Assembly: GCA_944324235.1 (NCBI GenBank)
Contig: CALUVN010000001.1
Coordinates: 331-64,330 of the forward strand
Source: Candidatus Gastranaerophilales bacterium
Lineage (GTDB): Bacteria > Cyanobacteriota > Vampirovibrionia > Gastranaerophilales > Gastranaerophilaceae
Direction: 5' to 3'
DNA: 64,000 bases
Position 1 is the stretch's first letter. The number at the start of each line of letters is the position of its first letter. The notes under the pieces were generated by a model that saw nothing but the letters and a program-made list of their open reading frames with translations, was not told where the DNA came from and ran no database searches. The position numbers were made by a program, and so were the translations under genes. Below are positions 17,784 to 28,023 of this stretch, one piece after another.

Positions 17784-20453
17784 ATGGAATTAACGGAACA
17801 CTCACAGGCGATTATCAATTCTGCAAAATCAATTGCGAACGCAAGAAACTTTATGATGGTCGAACCGGAACAAATTTTACTTGCATTAATGTACGACGAA
17901 AATGATTTACCAAAGATTCTGCTCTCTAAAATCGGGCTGGATAACCCGTCGCTTGCGCAGCAGTTAGACGGATTTATCACAAAACGAGGCTGTAAACCGT
18001 TAAGTGATTATAAAGACATGCCGCTTTCCAAAAATACGGCAAAACTCCTTGAAATTGCGCGTGATGAGGCCAGAATGTCCAATGATTCCCTGATAAGTAT
18101 TGAACATCTTTTGCTTGCACTTTTGAAAATCGACAGCGGTACTATTATTTACCTGTTTGAAAAGAATAAAATTTCCCGAAAAGATGTTTATGAAAAACTG
18201 ATTACCGTAATAAGAAACATAACAACAGTTGATATAGTTTCGACCCCTGACACTCCAGCAGCCCCTGTTGAAAGTCCGAAAGAAACCGCCGCCGTACAAA
18301 AAATTGAACAACAAACACAGACCCCGCTTCAAAAATATACGGTTGATATTACGGAAAAAGCAAAGCAAAACAAACTTGATCCTGTCATCGGCAGAGATGA
18401 CGAAATTCGGCGCGTAATACAAATTCTGAACCGTCGTTCCAAAAACAATCCCGTAATTATCGGCGAGCCGGGGGTGGGAAAAACAGCGATTATTGAAGGT
18501 CTTGCACAGCGGATTGCATGCGGTGACGTGCCTGAAAGTTTAAAAAATGACAGGATAATGGAGCTTGATTTAGGTGCACTGCTTGCAGGTGCATCATACA
18601 GAGGCGAGTTTGAAGACCGCCTGAAAGGTGTTTTAAAAGAAATTGAAGAGCACTATGAAGATTTGATGCTTTTTATTGATGAAATTCATACAATCATGGG
18701 GCTTGGCGGTTCAGAAGGCTCTGTTGATGCGGGAAATCTTCTGAAACCGATGCTTGCCCGCGGCAACGTACGTGTAATCGGTGCAACAACTACAGACGAG
18801 TACAGAAAATATATAGAAAAAGATAAAGCGCTCGAACGCCGTTTTCAGCCTGTTATCGCGGAAGAACCGTCCGTTGAAACTACTATAAGTATTCTCAGAG
18901 GTCTTAAAGATAAATATGAGGCTTATCACGGGGTAAAAATTCTTGATGATGCCATTGTTCAGGCCGTAAAATTATCGGACAGGTACATCTCTGACCGCTA
19001 TCTTCCGGATAAGGCAATCGACCTTATTGACGAGGCAGCATCTTCCCTCAGAATTGCTATAGACACTCTCCCTGAAGAAATTGATGTTTATATAAGAGAA
19101 AAAATGCAGCTTGAAATCGAAAAAGGTGCGCTTAAAAAAGAACACTCCAAAGAAGCTGAAAGTAAAATTCAGAAAATTCTCAAAAAAATAGAAACGATAG
19201 ATGCAAAGATTAACAAGTTAAAAAATCAATGGGCTCAGGAAAAGAAACTTATTGAAACCACCCGCGTTTTGAAAAAGAACATGGCGGCTATTAAAGCTCA
19301 GCTTGAACTCAATAAGAAAAATGAATCCCCTGATATCAATATAGAAAAACGCTATGCACAAATGGCAGAAACACAGAAAAAACTTGAAGCCATTCAGGCC
19401 AAATCTTCCACTCACCGCCTGATTAAAGAAGAAATTGACGGCGAAGATATCTCGGAAATTATTTCAAAATCAACAGGAATTCCTGTAACAAGCCTTCTTG
19501 AAGACGAATCGCAAAAGTTAGTCCACATGGAAGACTACCTGAAAAAACGCGTTGTAGGACAGGATGTAGCTGTTAAAAAGATATCCGATGCAATAAGACT
19601 CGGCCGCTCCGGTCTGAATGATCCTAAGCGTCCTATAGGTACATTCCTGTTTCTCGGCCCGACAGGGGTTGGGAAAACCGAACTTGCAAAAGCTCTTTCG
19701 GAATTCATGTTCAGTGACGAGGATTCTCTAATCAGAATTGACATGAGTGAATTTATGGAAAAACAAAACGTATCGCGTCTTGTAGGTTCAGCACCGGGAT
19801 ACGTAGGCTACGAAGAAGGCGGTCAGTTAACCGAAGCTGTCCGCAGAAAACCTTATTCGGTTGTTCTGTTCGATGAGGCGGAAAAAGCTCATCCCGATAT
19901 ATTTAACATAATGCTCCAGATGTTTGACGATGGCCGTTTAACCGACGGACAGGGGCATTTGATTGATTTTAAAAATACCGTCATTATTATGACAAGTAAT
20001 ATTGCAAGCGATGTCATTTTAAATGAACAATTAACAGAACACGACAAAGAACAGCAGATTAAATGTGCCCTCCGTTCAAAGTTTAAGCCTGAATTTATAA
20101 ACAGAATTGATGAAATTATTTCATTCAATCCTCTTGATATTGAACAATTAAAAAGCATCATTGATATTCAGCTTAAATCTCTTCAGGCAAGAATGGCGGA
20201 ACAACAAATTACACTGGAAGTTACTGAACCTGCAAAAGAATATCTGGCAAAAGCAGGATACGAGCCTCTTTACGGTGCAAGGCCGCTGAAACGGGTTCTG
20301 CGTAAGCTTCTGGAAATCCCGCTTTCAATGAAAATAGTCGCTAACGAATTCCAAAAAGGTGATTCTGTCCTCGCTGACTGTGTTGATAATGCGATTGTTT
20401 TGTCGAAAAAGACGGCTGCTGCTAAAAGTTTACAGACAAATACAGCGAATTAA
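17784..20453 (+). CDS. clpB: Chaperone/disaggregase ClpB
   Basis: 889 aa. Clp N-domain, two AAA+ modules (GEPGVGKTAI, GPTGVGKTELAK) and a long coiled-coil M-domain between them. LDEAEKAH-type Walker B (FDEAEKAH). Confidence 0.95.
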   Translation: MELTEHSQAIINSAKSIANARNFMMVEPEQILLALMYDENDLPKILLSKIGLDNPSLAQQLDGFITKRGCKPLSDYKDMPLSKNTAKLLEIARDEARMSNDSLISIEHLLLALLKIDSGTIIYLFEKNKISRKDVYEKLITVIRNITTVDIVSTPDTPAAPVESPKETAAVQKIEQQTQTPLQKYTVDITEKAKQNKLDPVIGRDDEIRRVIQILNRRSKNNPVIIGEPGVGKTAIIEGLAQRIACGDVPESLKNDRIMELDLGALLAGASYRGEFEDRLKGVLKEIEEHYEDLMLFIDEIHTIMGLGGSEGSVDAGNLLKPMLARGNVRVIGATTTDEYRKYIEKDKALERRFQPVIAEEPSVETTISILRGLKDKYEAYHGVKILDDAIVQAVKLSDRYISDRYLPDKAIDLIDEAASSLRIAIDTLPEEIDVYIREKMQLEIEKGALKKEHSKEAESKIQKILKKIETIDAKINKLKNQWAQEKKLIETTRVLKKNMAAIKAQLELNKKNESPDINIEKRYAQMAETQKKLEAIQAKSSTHRLIKEEIDGEDISEIISKSTGIPVTSLLEDESQKLVHMEDYLKKRVVGQDVAVKKISDAIRLGRSGLNDPKRPIGTFLFLGPTGVGKTELAKALSEFMFSDEDSLIRIDMSEFMEKQNVSRLVGSAPGYVGYEEGGQLTEAVRRKPYSVVLFDEAEKAHPDIFNIMLQMFDDGRLTDGQGHLIDFKNTVIIMTSNIASDVILNEQLTEHDKEQQIKCALRSKFKPEFINRIDEIISFNPLDIEQLKSIIDIQLKSLQARMAEQQITLEVTEPAKEYLAKAGYEPLYGARPLKRVLRKLLEIPLSMKIVANEFQKGDSVLADCVDNAIVLSKKTAAAKSLQTNTAN

Positions 20454-20785
20454 CGAAGAGTCTTTTTTGTAAGCTTGTCGTCGTCGATAGCTTTTTTGAT
20501 TTTTTCGAATTTTAATTTGACGGCCTTTTCCGCAAGATATTTTTCGACATTTTCTTTTAAATCCATAATATCGACGCGCCCGAATTTATCTATGAACTTG
20601 TCCTGATGTTTGCCGGTTATAATGTATAAAGTTCTTTTCCATTTGGATTTGTCTTTAAAAAATACAAAACTGTCAGGTAATGCATCTCTGATAGGTTCTA
20701 CCAGAGGTTTCAAATCATGCGCCGTACCTTTTATCTTGTAAAACCCTGTAAATGTCTGGGGTGTATTTTGTATATTAGAAATCAT
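20450..20785 (-). CDS. Orphan protein (111 aa) with N-terminal P..F..G signature
   Basis: Start moved to ATG 20785 (MISNIQNTPQTFTGFYK), with GGAG 8 nt upstream. The longer track ORF would overlap the upstream MBL gene. Confidence 0.45.
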   Translation of the reverse strand: MISNIQNTPQTFTGFYKIKGTAHDLKPLVEPIRDALPDSFVFFKDKSKWKRTLYIITGKHQDKFIDKFGRVDIMDLKENVEKYLAEKAVKLKFEKIKKAIDDDKLTKKTLR

Positions 20786-20846
20786 TCCGGTCTCCGTTTT
20801 TGTGAGTATTATATTTAAAATCCGAACAAAAATTTTTTTGCCATTT

Positions 20847-21596
20847 TTAGAAAATAATTTCATCCCCTGTGCAAACTTCTTCAATCTTGCAGTATTGAGC
20901 AAGAAGTATTTTGGAATTCAAATCGCAGCAATGGCACGGGTATAAATGCTTTATGTCCTCTTTTTGTAATGTTATTGCGATGTTTTTGAGTTCATCAGAG
21001 CTTTTTTTAATCAGATGAAAACCTCCGATTATTCCGTAAATACGGTTTACGCCGGTGATTTTTTTCGCGTGGTTGATTATATTGATTATTCCTGAATGCG
21101 AGCAGCCGGTAATAATAATTAAACCTTCTGGAGATTTATAAACCAGCGCAGAATCGTCAATATCGCAACTTTTGTTATTTTCAATTTGTCCGAGAAAACA
21201 GAGATTTTCGCTCAAAAAATAAGGCGCGGCCGTTAAAATCAGATTGAATTTTTCATCAAGCTGTTTTTCAGAAAGCGGGCAGCCGTAGTGAATTTTATCC
21301 TCGCCGACTTTTTCGTCAAAAATGTTCGGGTGTGCGATAAAATTTATTTTTTTGTCTTTTATATCCAAGAATGTCAACCCGCGCGTATGGTCGTTATGTC
21401 CGTGCGAAATAACTATATCCGTAGTTCGGGAAAGGTCGATGCCTAACTTTTTTGCGTTTTTTAAAAATACATCACTGTAGCCTGTGTCAAACAGTATTTT
21501 TTTGTTATCCGCTTCTACAAATAAAGACAAAGCAGGTTCTGCAAGCAGGTAGTTATCAATTCTTGAATTATTTTCCGCAAGAACGGTAATTTTCAT
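20847..21596 (-). CDS. MBL-fold metallo-hydrolase
   Basis: HxHxDH motif ISHGHNDHTRG, plus downstream GCSHSG and His/Asp ligand candidates. Confidence 0.8.
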   Translation of the reverse strand: MKITVLAENNSRIDNYLLAEPALSLFVEADNKKILFDTGYSDVFLKNAKKLGIDLSRTTDIVISHGHNDHTRGLTFLDIKDKKINFIAHPNIFDEKVGEDKIHYGCPLSEKQLDEKFNLILTAAPYFLSENLCFLGQIENNKSCDIDDSALVYKSPEGLIIITGCSHSGIINIINHAKKITGVNRIYGIIGGFHLIKKSSDELKNIAITLQKEDIKHLYPCHCCDLNSKILLAQYCKIEEVCTGDEIIF

Positions 21597-21606
21597 CGGT
21601 ATTATC

Positions 21607-22623
21607 CTAGAATATTTTGTAAATCAGAAAATAAATTACTGATGAGATTATCATGCAGGCAGGGATTGTGAGAACCCATGCAGTCACAATGTTTCCAACG
21701 ATATTCCACTTGACGGCATGTGCGTGGAGTGTAGAACCTACCCCCATGATTGCCGTTGAAATAACGTGGGTCGTACTGAGCGGAATCCCGAAATGTGATG
21801 CCGTCAAAATCAATCCTGCTGCGGAGGTTTCTGCTGCAAATCCGTGTATAGGTTTTAATTTAATGATTTTGTGCCCCATGGTTTTGATGATTTTCCAGCC
21901 GCCGTTCATTGTGCCTGCTGCCATTGTTAATGCGCAGGCTATGATTACGTATATAGGAATTTCAAAATCACCTGTCGGGTTTTTATGCAAAACTCCGCCG
22001 GCTAAAAGTGCCAGAGTAATAATACCCATTGTCTTTTGAGCATCGTTTGAACCGTGGCTTAATGCCATTAAACCTGAAGACAGCAGCTGTAATTTTCTGA
22101 ATTTTTTGTTAATGGTATCCGGATGAGCACGTGTTATAAGAATAGCCCAGGCCAGAAGTAGCATCAGGGTAAACCCTACGCAGAATCCCAGTACCGGTGA
22201 GGTGAACATCGGGATAATAACTTTGTCTATCAAAGTATGAAAATGGATTGCATCAACTCCTGCTTTAACGACAGTAGCACCTAGCAGCCCCCCGATTAAC
22301 GCGTGGGAGGAACTTGACGGCAGCCCGAGCCACCATGTAAACAAATTCCATATAACTGCGGCGGTTAAAGCACAAAAAATTACAGTCAAAGTAATCATTT
22401 CAGCATTAACTATACCTGAACCTATCGTTTTTGCAACGTGAGTGCCTGTGAGCGCCCCGATAAATTCCAGACTCGCGCCGAAAAGAACGGCCTGTTTAGG
22501 GGATAAAACTTTTGTTGATACAACTGTTGCGATTGCGTTTGCACAATCGTGAAAACCGTTTATGAATTCAAATACTAATGCTATCAGTACTACTGCGATT
22601 AATAGTAATATTGTTACCGTCAT
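21607..22623 (-). CDS. pit: Inorganic phosphate transporter, PiT family
   Basis: Signature FEFINGFHDCANAIATVVSTKVL and repeat GSNDAQKTMG. About 10 TM segments. Confidence 0.9.
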   Translation of the reverse strand: MTVTILLLIAVVLIALVFEFINGFHDCANAIATVVSTKVLSPKQAVLFGASLEFIGALTGTHVAKTIGSGIVNAEMITLTVIFCALTAAVIWNLFTWWLGLPSSSSHALIGGLLGATVVKAGVDAIHFHTLIDKVIIPMFTSPVLGFCVGFTLMLLLAWAILITRAHPDTINKKFRKLQLLSSGLMALSHGSNDAQKTMGIITLALLAGGVLHKNPTGDFEIPIYVIIACALTMAAGTMNGGWKIIKTMGHKIIKLKPIHGFAAETSAAGLILTASHFGIPLSTTHVISTAIMGVGSTLHAHAVKWNIVGNIVTAWVLTIPACMIISSVIYFLIYKIF

Positions 22624-22630
22624 ATAACAC

Positions 22631-23272
22631 CTACGCTTGTTTTAATACAACATTTAATATGGTATCCGTTACATAGAAGCAGGCGTCAAATGCATTTTCA
22701 ATTTCTTTATACATATCTCTGAGTTTAATAACTTCCAGCGCATCATATTGGCCTGAGAAAAGATTTTTCATTGCACGGCGGTGAATTTCATCACCGTGGG
22801 ATTCTATCTCTTTCATTTCAATATTAAGTTTGGTTATTTTTTCAACGTCGGAAACTTTTTTGAATATTTTGATAATTTCTCCGAGTTTTTCGGTTGCCTG
22901 AACCAAAGTTAAAGCCTGTTCTTTCATTTCTTCAGTGTAATTGTTTAATCTATACACTTCCAAATTAAGACAGGCTTTTATAATTTTTTTATCGATTTTA
23001 TATAATTGAACGGCAATTGTTTGTATATCTTCTCTTTCGAGCGGCGTTATAAAACTTTTGTTTAATTGTTTTAAAATAGCTTTATACGAAAGTTTGCCTT
23101 TCTTTTTATATTTCAAAGCTTTTTCTTTATATTCTTCGTTAAGCTGGTTATGCATAATCTCGTCATAAAGGCCGGCAGCTTTGCGGCAGATTACCGCACT
23201 GTCCTGAAAGTATGTAAAAAACATCTTATCCTCAGGCGGCATAATATAAGACATCAAATTAAATTTAGGCAT
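22631..23272 (-). CDS. DUF47/PhoU-like phosphate-transport regulator
   Basis: 213-aa helical protein immediately upstream of pit, which is the usual partner arrangement. It has C-terminal EIHRRAM...RDMYKEIE PhoU-like repeats. Confidence 0.75.
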   Translation of the reverse strand: MPKFNLMSYIMPPEDKMFFTYFQDSAVICRKAAGLYDEIMHNQLNEEYKEKALKYKKKGKLSYKAILKQLNKSFITPLEREDIQTIAVQLYKIDKKIIKACLNLEVYRLNNYTEEMKEQALTLVQATEKLGEIIKIFKKVSDVEKITKLNIEMKEIESHGDEIHRRAMKNLFSGQYDALEVIKLRDMYKEIENAFDACFYVTDTILNVVLKQA

Positions 23273-23377
23273 GATTAATCTCCTTATTCATACTCACGCT
23301 CAGCATACTTAAAAAATAACTCTTTGCATAGTGTTTGTTTACAAAACGTAAAAATGTTGTTTTATAAAGGAGTATAT

Positions 23378-24262
23378 TTATACGTATGCAAGCTTTTTAA
23401 TATCGGTTTTCGGCGGGTTGCCGAACATTTTTTTGTATTCTCTGCTGAACTGGGTCGGGCTTTCGTAACCGACTTCATAGCAGGCGGTTGCGGCATCATA
23501 ATTGCCTGTTAACATCAGTCTTTGCGCTTCGTATAGTTTTAACTGTTTCTGATATTGCAGAGGACTGACCTGTGTCACTTTCTTAAAGTTTCTGTAGAAA
23601 GATGACGGCGCCATATTTACACTTACGGCGATTTCATCCATGTTAAGCTTTTCGCTGAATTTTTCTTTCAGGATTGAAATTGCATGGGCAATCTGGTTTG
23701 AGCGAGTTCCTTTTGTATTTATCAGACGGAGCTGACCGCCCAGAGGGCCTGTAAGAAGTCTGTAGTAGATTTCTTTTATAATCATCGGTGACATAATCTG
23801 CTGTTCTGATTCTGGTTTATCAAGAAGCAGGGCAAGGCGGTAAAATGCATCAAGCAATTCTTCATCCGTTTCGGATATTGCAAGTGCTTTTTCATCCTGT
23901 TCGATTGTTTTAGGCAGTTTAGTTTCCAGAATCAGGTTGGAGATTATATTGGAATTCAGTTCCAGAATCATTACGACAAAAGGTTCATCCGGTGAGGCCT
24001 GTGCGACCCTGCTTGATACCGGAATATCCGTGCAGGATACGACATATTGTCCTTTTGTGTAGGTAATATTTTCTTCTCCGTAGAGCATGTGTTTGATACC
24101 CTGAAGTACAAATATGCAGCTCGGATTGTAAAAACATCTCAAAAATTCCGTCGGGTTATTTCTTCTGGCAATTCGCACTCCTTCTATGGAAGTCGGATAA
24201 TTTCCTTCATCCGGAATATTTCTTAAAATAATATCTCTGATTGCTGTATATTTAGATTCCAC
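23378..24262 (-). CDS. AraC family transcriptional regulator
   Basis: C-terminal double HTH (APSSFYRNFKKVTQVSPLQYQKQLKLYEAQ...VGYESPTQFSREYKKMFG). The N-terminal domain is AraC_N-like. Confidence 0.85.
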   Translation of the reverse strand: MESKYTAIRDIILRNIPDEGNYPTSIEGVRIARRNNPTEFLRCFYNPSCIFVLQGIKHMLYGEENITYTKGQYVVSCTDIPVSSRVAQASPDEPFVVMILELNSNIISNLILETKLPKTIEQDEKALAISETDEELLDAFYRLALLLDKPESEQQIMSPMIIKEIYYRLLTGPLGGQLRLINTKGTRSNQIAHAISILKEKFSEKLNMDEIAVSVNMAPSSFYRNFKKVTQVSPLQYQKQLKLYEAQRLMLTGNYDAATACYEVGYESPTQFSREYKKMFGNPPKTDIKKLAYV

Positions 24263-24416
24263 GCCTTATCTCCTTTAATTATCTTATATTAAAAAATAAA
24301 TTTTTTCAAAATATTATGAGAGGATTAGATAATAATTAAGCAGAATCGGGTCTTCAAATTTTCAATAAATATTAAATAATGTAATTATAGGCTTTTATTT
24401 AAAAAAAACAGGAGTA

Positions 24417-25055
24417 ATGAATATGAAAGTTTTGCTGATAAACGGTTCGCCGAACCGGAACGGTTGTACTTATACTGCATTGAAAGAAATGGCAGATACC
24501 TTAAATCAGGAAGGTATTGAAACAGAGATTTATTATATCGGAAAAGATCCGATATCCCCTTGCAGGGCCTGCCGTGCGTGCGCAAAAATCGGGCGGTGTG
24601 TTATAAATGACAAAGTTAACGATTTTGTAGAGCATGCAAGAGAATTTGACGGTTATGTCATAGGTTCGCCTGTTCACTACGGTTCTGCGGCGGGCGGAAT
24701 TATTCCGTTTTTGGACAGAGCTTTTTTTGTTGACTATATGTCGGGTCACGACTCATTCAAACATAAACCCGGCACTGCGATAGTTTCGGCAAGACGTGCA
24801 GGAACAACAGCGACAATCGACCAGCTAAACAAATATTTTCAAATCAACCAGATGCCTGTGATTTCGGGCAGATACTGGAACATGGTGCACGGACAAAATC
24901 CCGAAGAGGTTAAACAGGATAAAGAGGGCATGCAGAATATGCGTATTCTGGCAAAAAATCTTGCCTATCATCTTAAATGTAAAGAAGCAGCAGAAAAAGC
25001 AGGAATTTATCCGCCTGAACCGGTTGAGGTTGAATATACAAATTTTATAAGGTAG
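24417..25055 (+). CDS. Iron-sulfur flavoprotein / NADPH-dependent FMN reductase family
   Basis: MKVLLINGSPNRNGCT flavodoxin-like start and a Cys cluster SPCRACRACAKIGRC. Confidence 0.75.
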   Translation: MNMKVLLINGSPNRNGCTYTALKEMADTLNQEGIETEIYYIGKDPISPCRACRACAKIGRCVINDKVNDFVEHAREFDGYVIGSPVHYGSAAGGIIPFLDRAFFVDYMSGHDSFKHKPGTAIVSARRAGTTATIDQLNKYFQINQMPVISGRYWNMVHGQNPEEVKQDKEGMQNMRILAKNLAYHLKCKEAAEKAGIYPPEPVEVEYTNFIR

Positions 25056-25109
25056 GGGCTTGTTATGGAGTTACCACCGGATGCTAATTTAAGAAAAGGA
25101 GATATAGCT

Positions 25110-25952
25110 ATGCAAAATGTAAAATTAAATAACGGCGTTGAGATGCCTATTTTAGGATACGGGGTTTATCAGGTAACTCCGGCTGAATGTGAAAGATGCG
25201 TAAGAGATGCGCTTGATGTAGGTTACCGTCTTATTGATACGGCACAGGCTTATTTTAATGAGGCGGAAGTCGGAAACGCCATAAAACAATCTGGCGTTAA
25301 AAGAGAAGATATTTTCCTTGTTACAAAAGTTTGGATTTCCAATGCAGGAGAAGAAAAGGCTGCAAAATCCATTGACGAATCTTTAAAGAAACTTCAGACT
25401 GATTATGTTGACCTGCTTTTAATCCACCAGCCTTTCGGGGATTATTACGGCACATATAGAGCTATGGAGAAGGCATACAAAGCCGGAAAAGCAAGAGCAA
25501 TCGGAGTAAGCAACTTCTATCCTGACAGATTTATTGACCTTTCTCATTTTTGTGAAATTCAGCCTGCAGTCAATCAGGTAGAAACACATGTCTTCCAACA
25601 ACAAAAAGAAGCGCGTAAAATTATGGAAAAATATAATACACACATTATGGCGTGGGGGCCTTTTGCAGAGGGTAAAAACAATATGTTTACCAATGAAACT
25701 TTAGTATCCATCGGTGAAAAATATGAAAAATCTTCTGCTCAGGTCGCCCTGCGTTTTCTTACACAGGAAGGTATTATTGTTATTCCAAAATCAGTGAAGA
25801 AAGAGCGTATGGAACAAAATATGGATATCTTTGATTTTGAATTAACAAATGAAGAGATGGAAACAATCAGAGCACTTGATACAGGGAACAGTTTATTCTT
25901 TTCACACTATGACCCTGCAACGGTTGAAATGATTATAGGACTTGCAAGATAA
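25110..25952 (+). CDS. Aldo/keto reductase
   Basis: LNNGVEMPILGYGVYQ, IDTAQAY, LLIHQP and IPKS. Start moved to ATG 25110 after AAAGGAG. Confidence 0.9.
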   Translation: MQNVKLNNGVEMPILGYGVYQVTPAECERCVRDALDVGYRLIDTAQAYFNEAEVGNAIKQSGVKREDIFLVTKVWISNAGEEKAAKSIDESLKKLQTDYVDLLLIHQPFGDYYGTYRAMEKAYKAGKARAIGVSNFYPDRFIDLSHFCEIQPAVNQVETHVFQQQKEARKIMEKYNTHIMAWGPFAEGKNNMFTNETLVSIGEKYEKSSAQVALRFLTQEGIIVIPKSVKKERMEQNMDIFDFELTNEEMETIRALDTGNSLFFSHYDPATVEMIIGLAR

Positions 25953-25964
25953 GGAAAAAGCATC

Positions 25965-26540
25965 ATGAAAAACTTTTGGATAATCATATTTTCAATAATT
26001 GTTATCGGTACAGGGGTGGCTTATGCCATCACTCAGACAGCGCAAAGTCAGCAGCAAGGAGGTTTTATGGATAAAAAAATATTGGTTGCGTATTTTTCAT
26101 GGAGCGGTAACACAAAATCTATCGCCGAAAAAATTCATAATCAGGTCGGCGGGGATATTTTTGAAATAACGCCTGTAACTCCTTACCCTTCGGATTACAA
26201 TGAAACCGCTTACGGTGTTGCAAAAGAACAAAAAGACAAAGGTATTCATCCGCCGATAAATAATACGGATGTAACACCTTATGATATTGTATTTGTCGGC
26301 ACGCCGGCATGGTGGTATACAATGGCTCCGCCTGTTATGACATTCTTAGCCGAAAATAATTTTGAAGGCAAAACCATTGTGCCATTTGTTACACACGGCG
26401 GCGGCGGGGGCTATACTATAGATAAAGATATGGTAAAATTAGCTAAAGGCGCTAAAGTCCTTGCTCCGTTTGTTGTTTACAGCAGAGGCGGCGCAGGTGT
26501 TGATAAAGATATTGCAAGTTGGCTGGAAAAATTAAAATAG
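25965..26540 (+). CDS. Flavodoxin-fold protein with N-terminal membrane anchor or signal
   Basis: ILVAYFSWSGNTKSIAEKI FMN-phosphate loop. The hydrophobic N-terminus is FWIIIFSIIVIGTGVAYA. Confidence 0.7.
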   Translation: MKNFWIIIFSIIVIGTGVAYAITQTAQSQQQGGFMDKKILVAYFSWSGNTKSIAEKIHNQVGGDIFEITPVTPYPSDYNETAYGVAKEQKDKGIHPPINNTDVTPYDIVFVGTPAWWYTMAPPVMTFLAENNFEGKTIVPFVTHGGGGGYTIDKDMVKLAKGAKVLAPFVVYSRGGAGVDKDIASWLEKLK

Positions 26541-26555
26541 AAAGGATTAAAAATA

Positions 26556-26768
26556 ATGAAACATTTTTTAATTGCCGGACTTATTATATGTACATGTCTT
26601 GTGGGCATGTGTAAAGTAAAAGCTGCAGCGCCTACTGTTTCAAGTGACAAAGTAACTGTAAAAAAGGTTCATTTTAAAAACAGGATTAATATAAATATTG
26701 TCGGCCACCCGTTTGGCGGGGTTAAAGAGCAGACGGCAGATTTTTACTCGGTGAAAATTTATGATTGA
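26556..26768 (+). CDS. Small signal-peptide ORF (70 aa), possibly a truncated hydrolase remnant
   Basis: Signal peptide followed by VTVKKVHFKNRININIVGHP, which reads like the first strands of an alpha/beta hydrolase. It ends abruptly, overlapping the next start. Confidence 0.25.
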   Translation: MKHFLIAGLIICTCLVGMCKVKAAAPTVSSDKVTVKKVHFKNRININIVGHPFGGVKEQTADFYSVKIYD

Positions 26769-27366
26769 AAATTATGAAAATTATATTAATTATTTAAAAT
26801 TTCTGAATGAAAAACTGTCAAAGTTTTTTATAATGCAAAAACCTTATATTTTTTGTAAAAAAGGCTGTTCGTTGTGCTGTAAAAACGTACAGCTGCCTTA
26901 TTCCAAAATTGAGTTTGAATTTTTGATGTCAGGCGCAGCACAGCTGGATGAGGATACCAAAAATATAGTTAAACAAAATATAAAAAATATTCTTGCCGGA
27001 AAAGAAAAATTTCATGGAGAAATGTTCAGATATGACTGTCCGTTTTTGATAAATGATGTATGTACCGTGTACAATTTCCGCGGGGTAATCTGCCGTTCAT
27101 TCGGCTTGATGAATGTAGGCTCGGACGGTAGAATAAAAGTCCCTTTCTGTTGTTTTCAGGGGCTGAATTATGCAAATGTAACGGAGACCGAAAACGGAGA
27201 AAATACAATATCTGTTGAAAAGTTTAAAAACCTCGGCGTCAAAGAAGTTCCGTCTGCTTTTAACGTAAATTATGAATTTTTAACCGATGCAGATTTTGAG
27301 CAAACATTTGATTTCAAATTCGGCGATAAAAAGCCCCTGATTGACTGGCTGGAAGATTTAAAATAA
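26761..27366 (+). CDS. YkgJ-family Cys-cluster (CxxCxxCC) protein
   Basis: CKKGCSLCC and YDCPFL...CTVYNFRGVICRSFG. It is a paralog of 31111..31701. Confidence 0.7.
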   Translation: MIENYENYINYLKFLNEKLSKFFIMQKPYIFCKKGCSLCCKNVQLPYSKIEFEFLMSGAAQLDEDTKNIVKQNIKNILAGKEKFHGEMFRYDCPFLINDVCTVYNFRGVICRSFGLMNVGSDGRIKVPFCCFQGLNYANVTETENGENTISVEKFKNLGVKEVPSAFNVNYEFLTDADFEQTFDFKFGDKKPLIDWLEDLK

Positions 27367-27450
27367 AATGTGTTACAAAAATTTGACAACAGTTTAATTT
27401 CTCATAAAATAACAATATAAACTGTAAAAAAACAAATGTAGAGAGATTTC

Positions 27451-28011
27451 ATGAACGAAAAAGAAAAAATGCTTAACGGTTTATTGTATGATGCAAATTA
27501 TGATAAATCTTTGATAGAAGAACGCATAAGCTGCAAAACTCTCTGTCATAAATATAATATGTTATCACCGGAGTTGACCGGAGATAGACAAAATCTTATT
27601 AAAAAAATTCTCGGCAAAACAAAAGAGAATTATCTGCTTGAGCCTCCGATTCATTTTGACTACGGATATAACATTGAAATCGGCGAAAATTTTTATTCAA
27701 ATCATAATTTGATAATTCTTGATCCCGCAAAAGTGACATTCGGGGACAATGTGTTTATCGGTCCGAATTGTGCTTTTTATACCCCTGAACACCCGCTTGA
27801 TGCTGAAACAAGAAATAAAGGGCTTGAATATGCTTATCCTATAAAAGTCGGCAGTAATGTATGGTTTGGCGGAAATGTCGTTGTTCTCGGCGGAGTAACT
27901 ATAGGCGATAATACGGTTATCGGTGCTGGAAGCGTTGTGACGAAAGATATCCCGTCAAATGTTGTTGCTGCAGGTAATCCGTGTAAAGTTATAAAACAAA
28001 TTGAAGGATAA
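27451..28011 (+). CDS. maa: Maltose/galactoside O-acetyltransferase (left-handed beta-helix)
   Basis: The MLNGLLYDAN N-terminal Mac domain and hexapeptide repeats VWFGGNVVVLGGVTIGDNTVIGAGSVV. Confidence 0.85.
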   Translation: MNEKEKMLNGLLYDANYDKSLIEERISCKTLCHKYNMLSPELTGDRQNLIKKILGKTKENYLLEPPIHFDYGYNIEIGENFYSNHNLIILDPAKVTFGDNVFIGPNCAFYTPEHPLDAETRNKGLEYAYPIKVGSNVWFGGNVVVLGGVTIGDNTVIGAGSVVTKDIPSNVVAAGNPCKVIKQIEG

Positions 28012-28023
28012 GCAAAGATCTTT

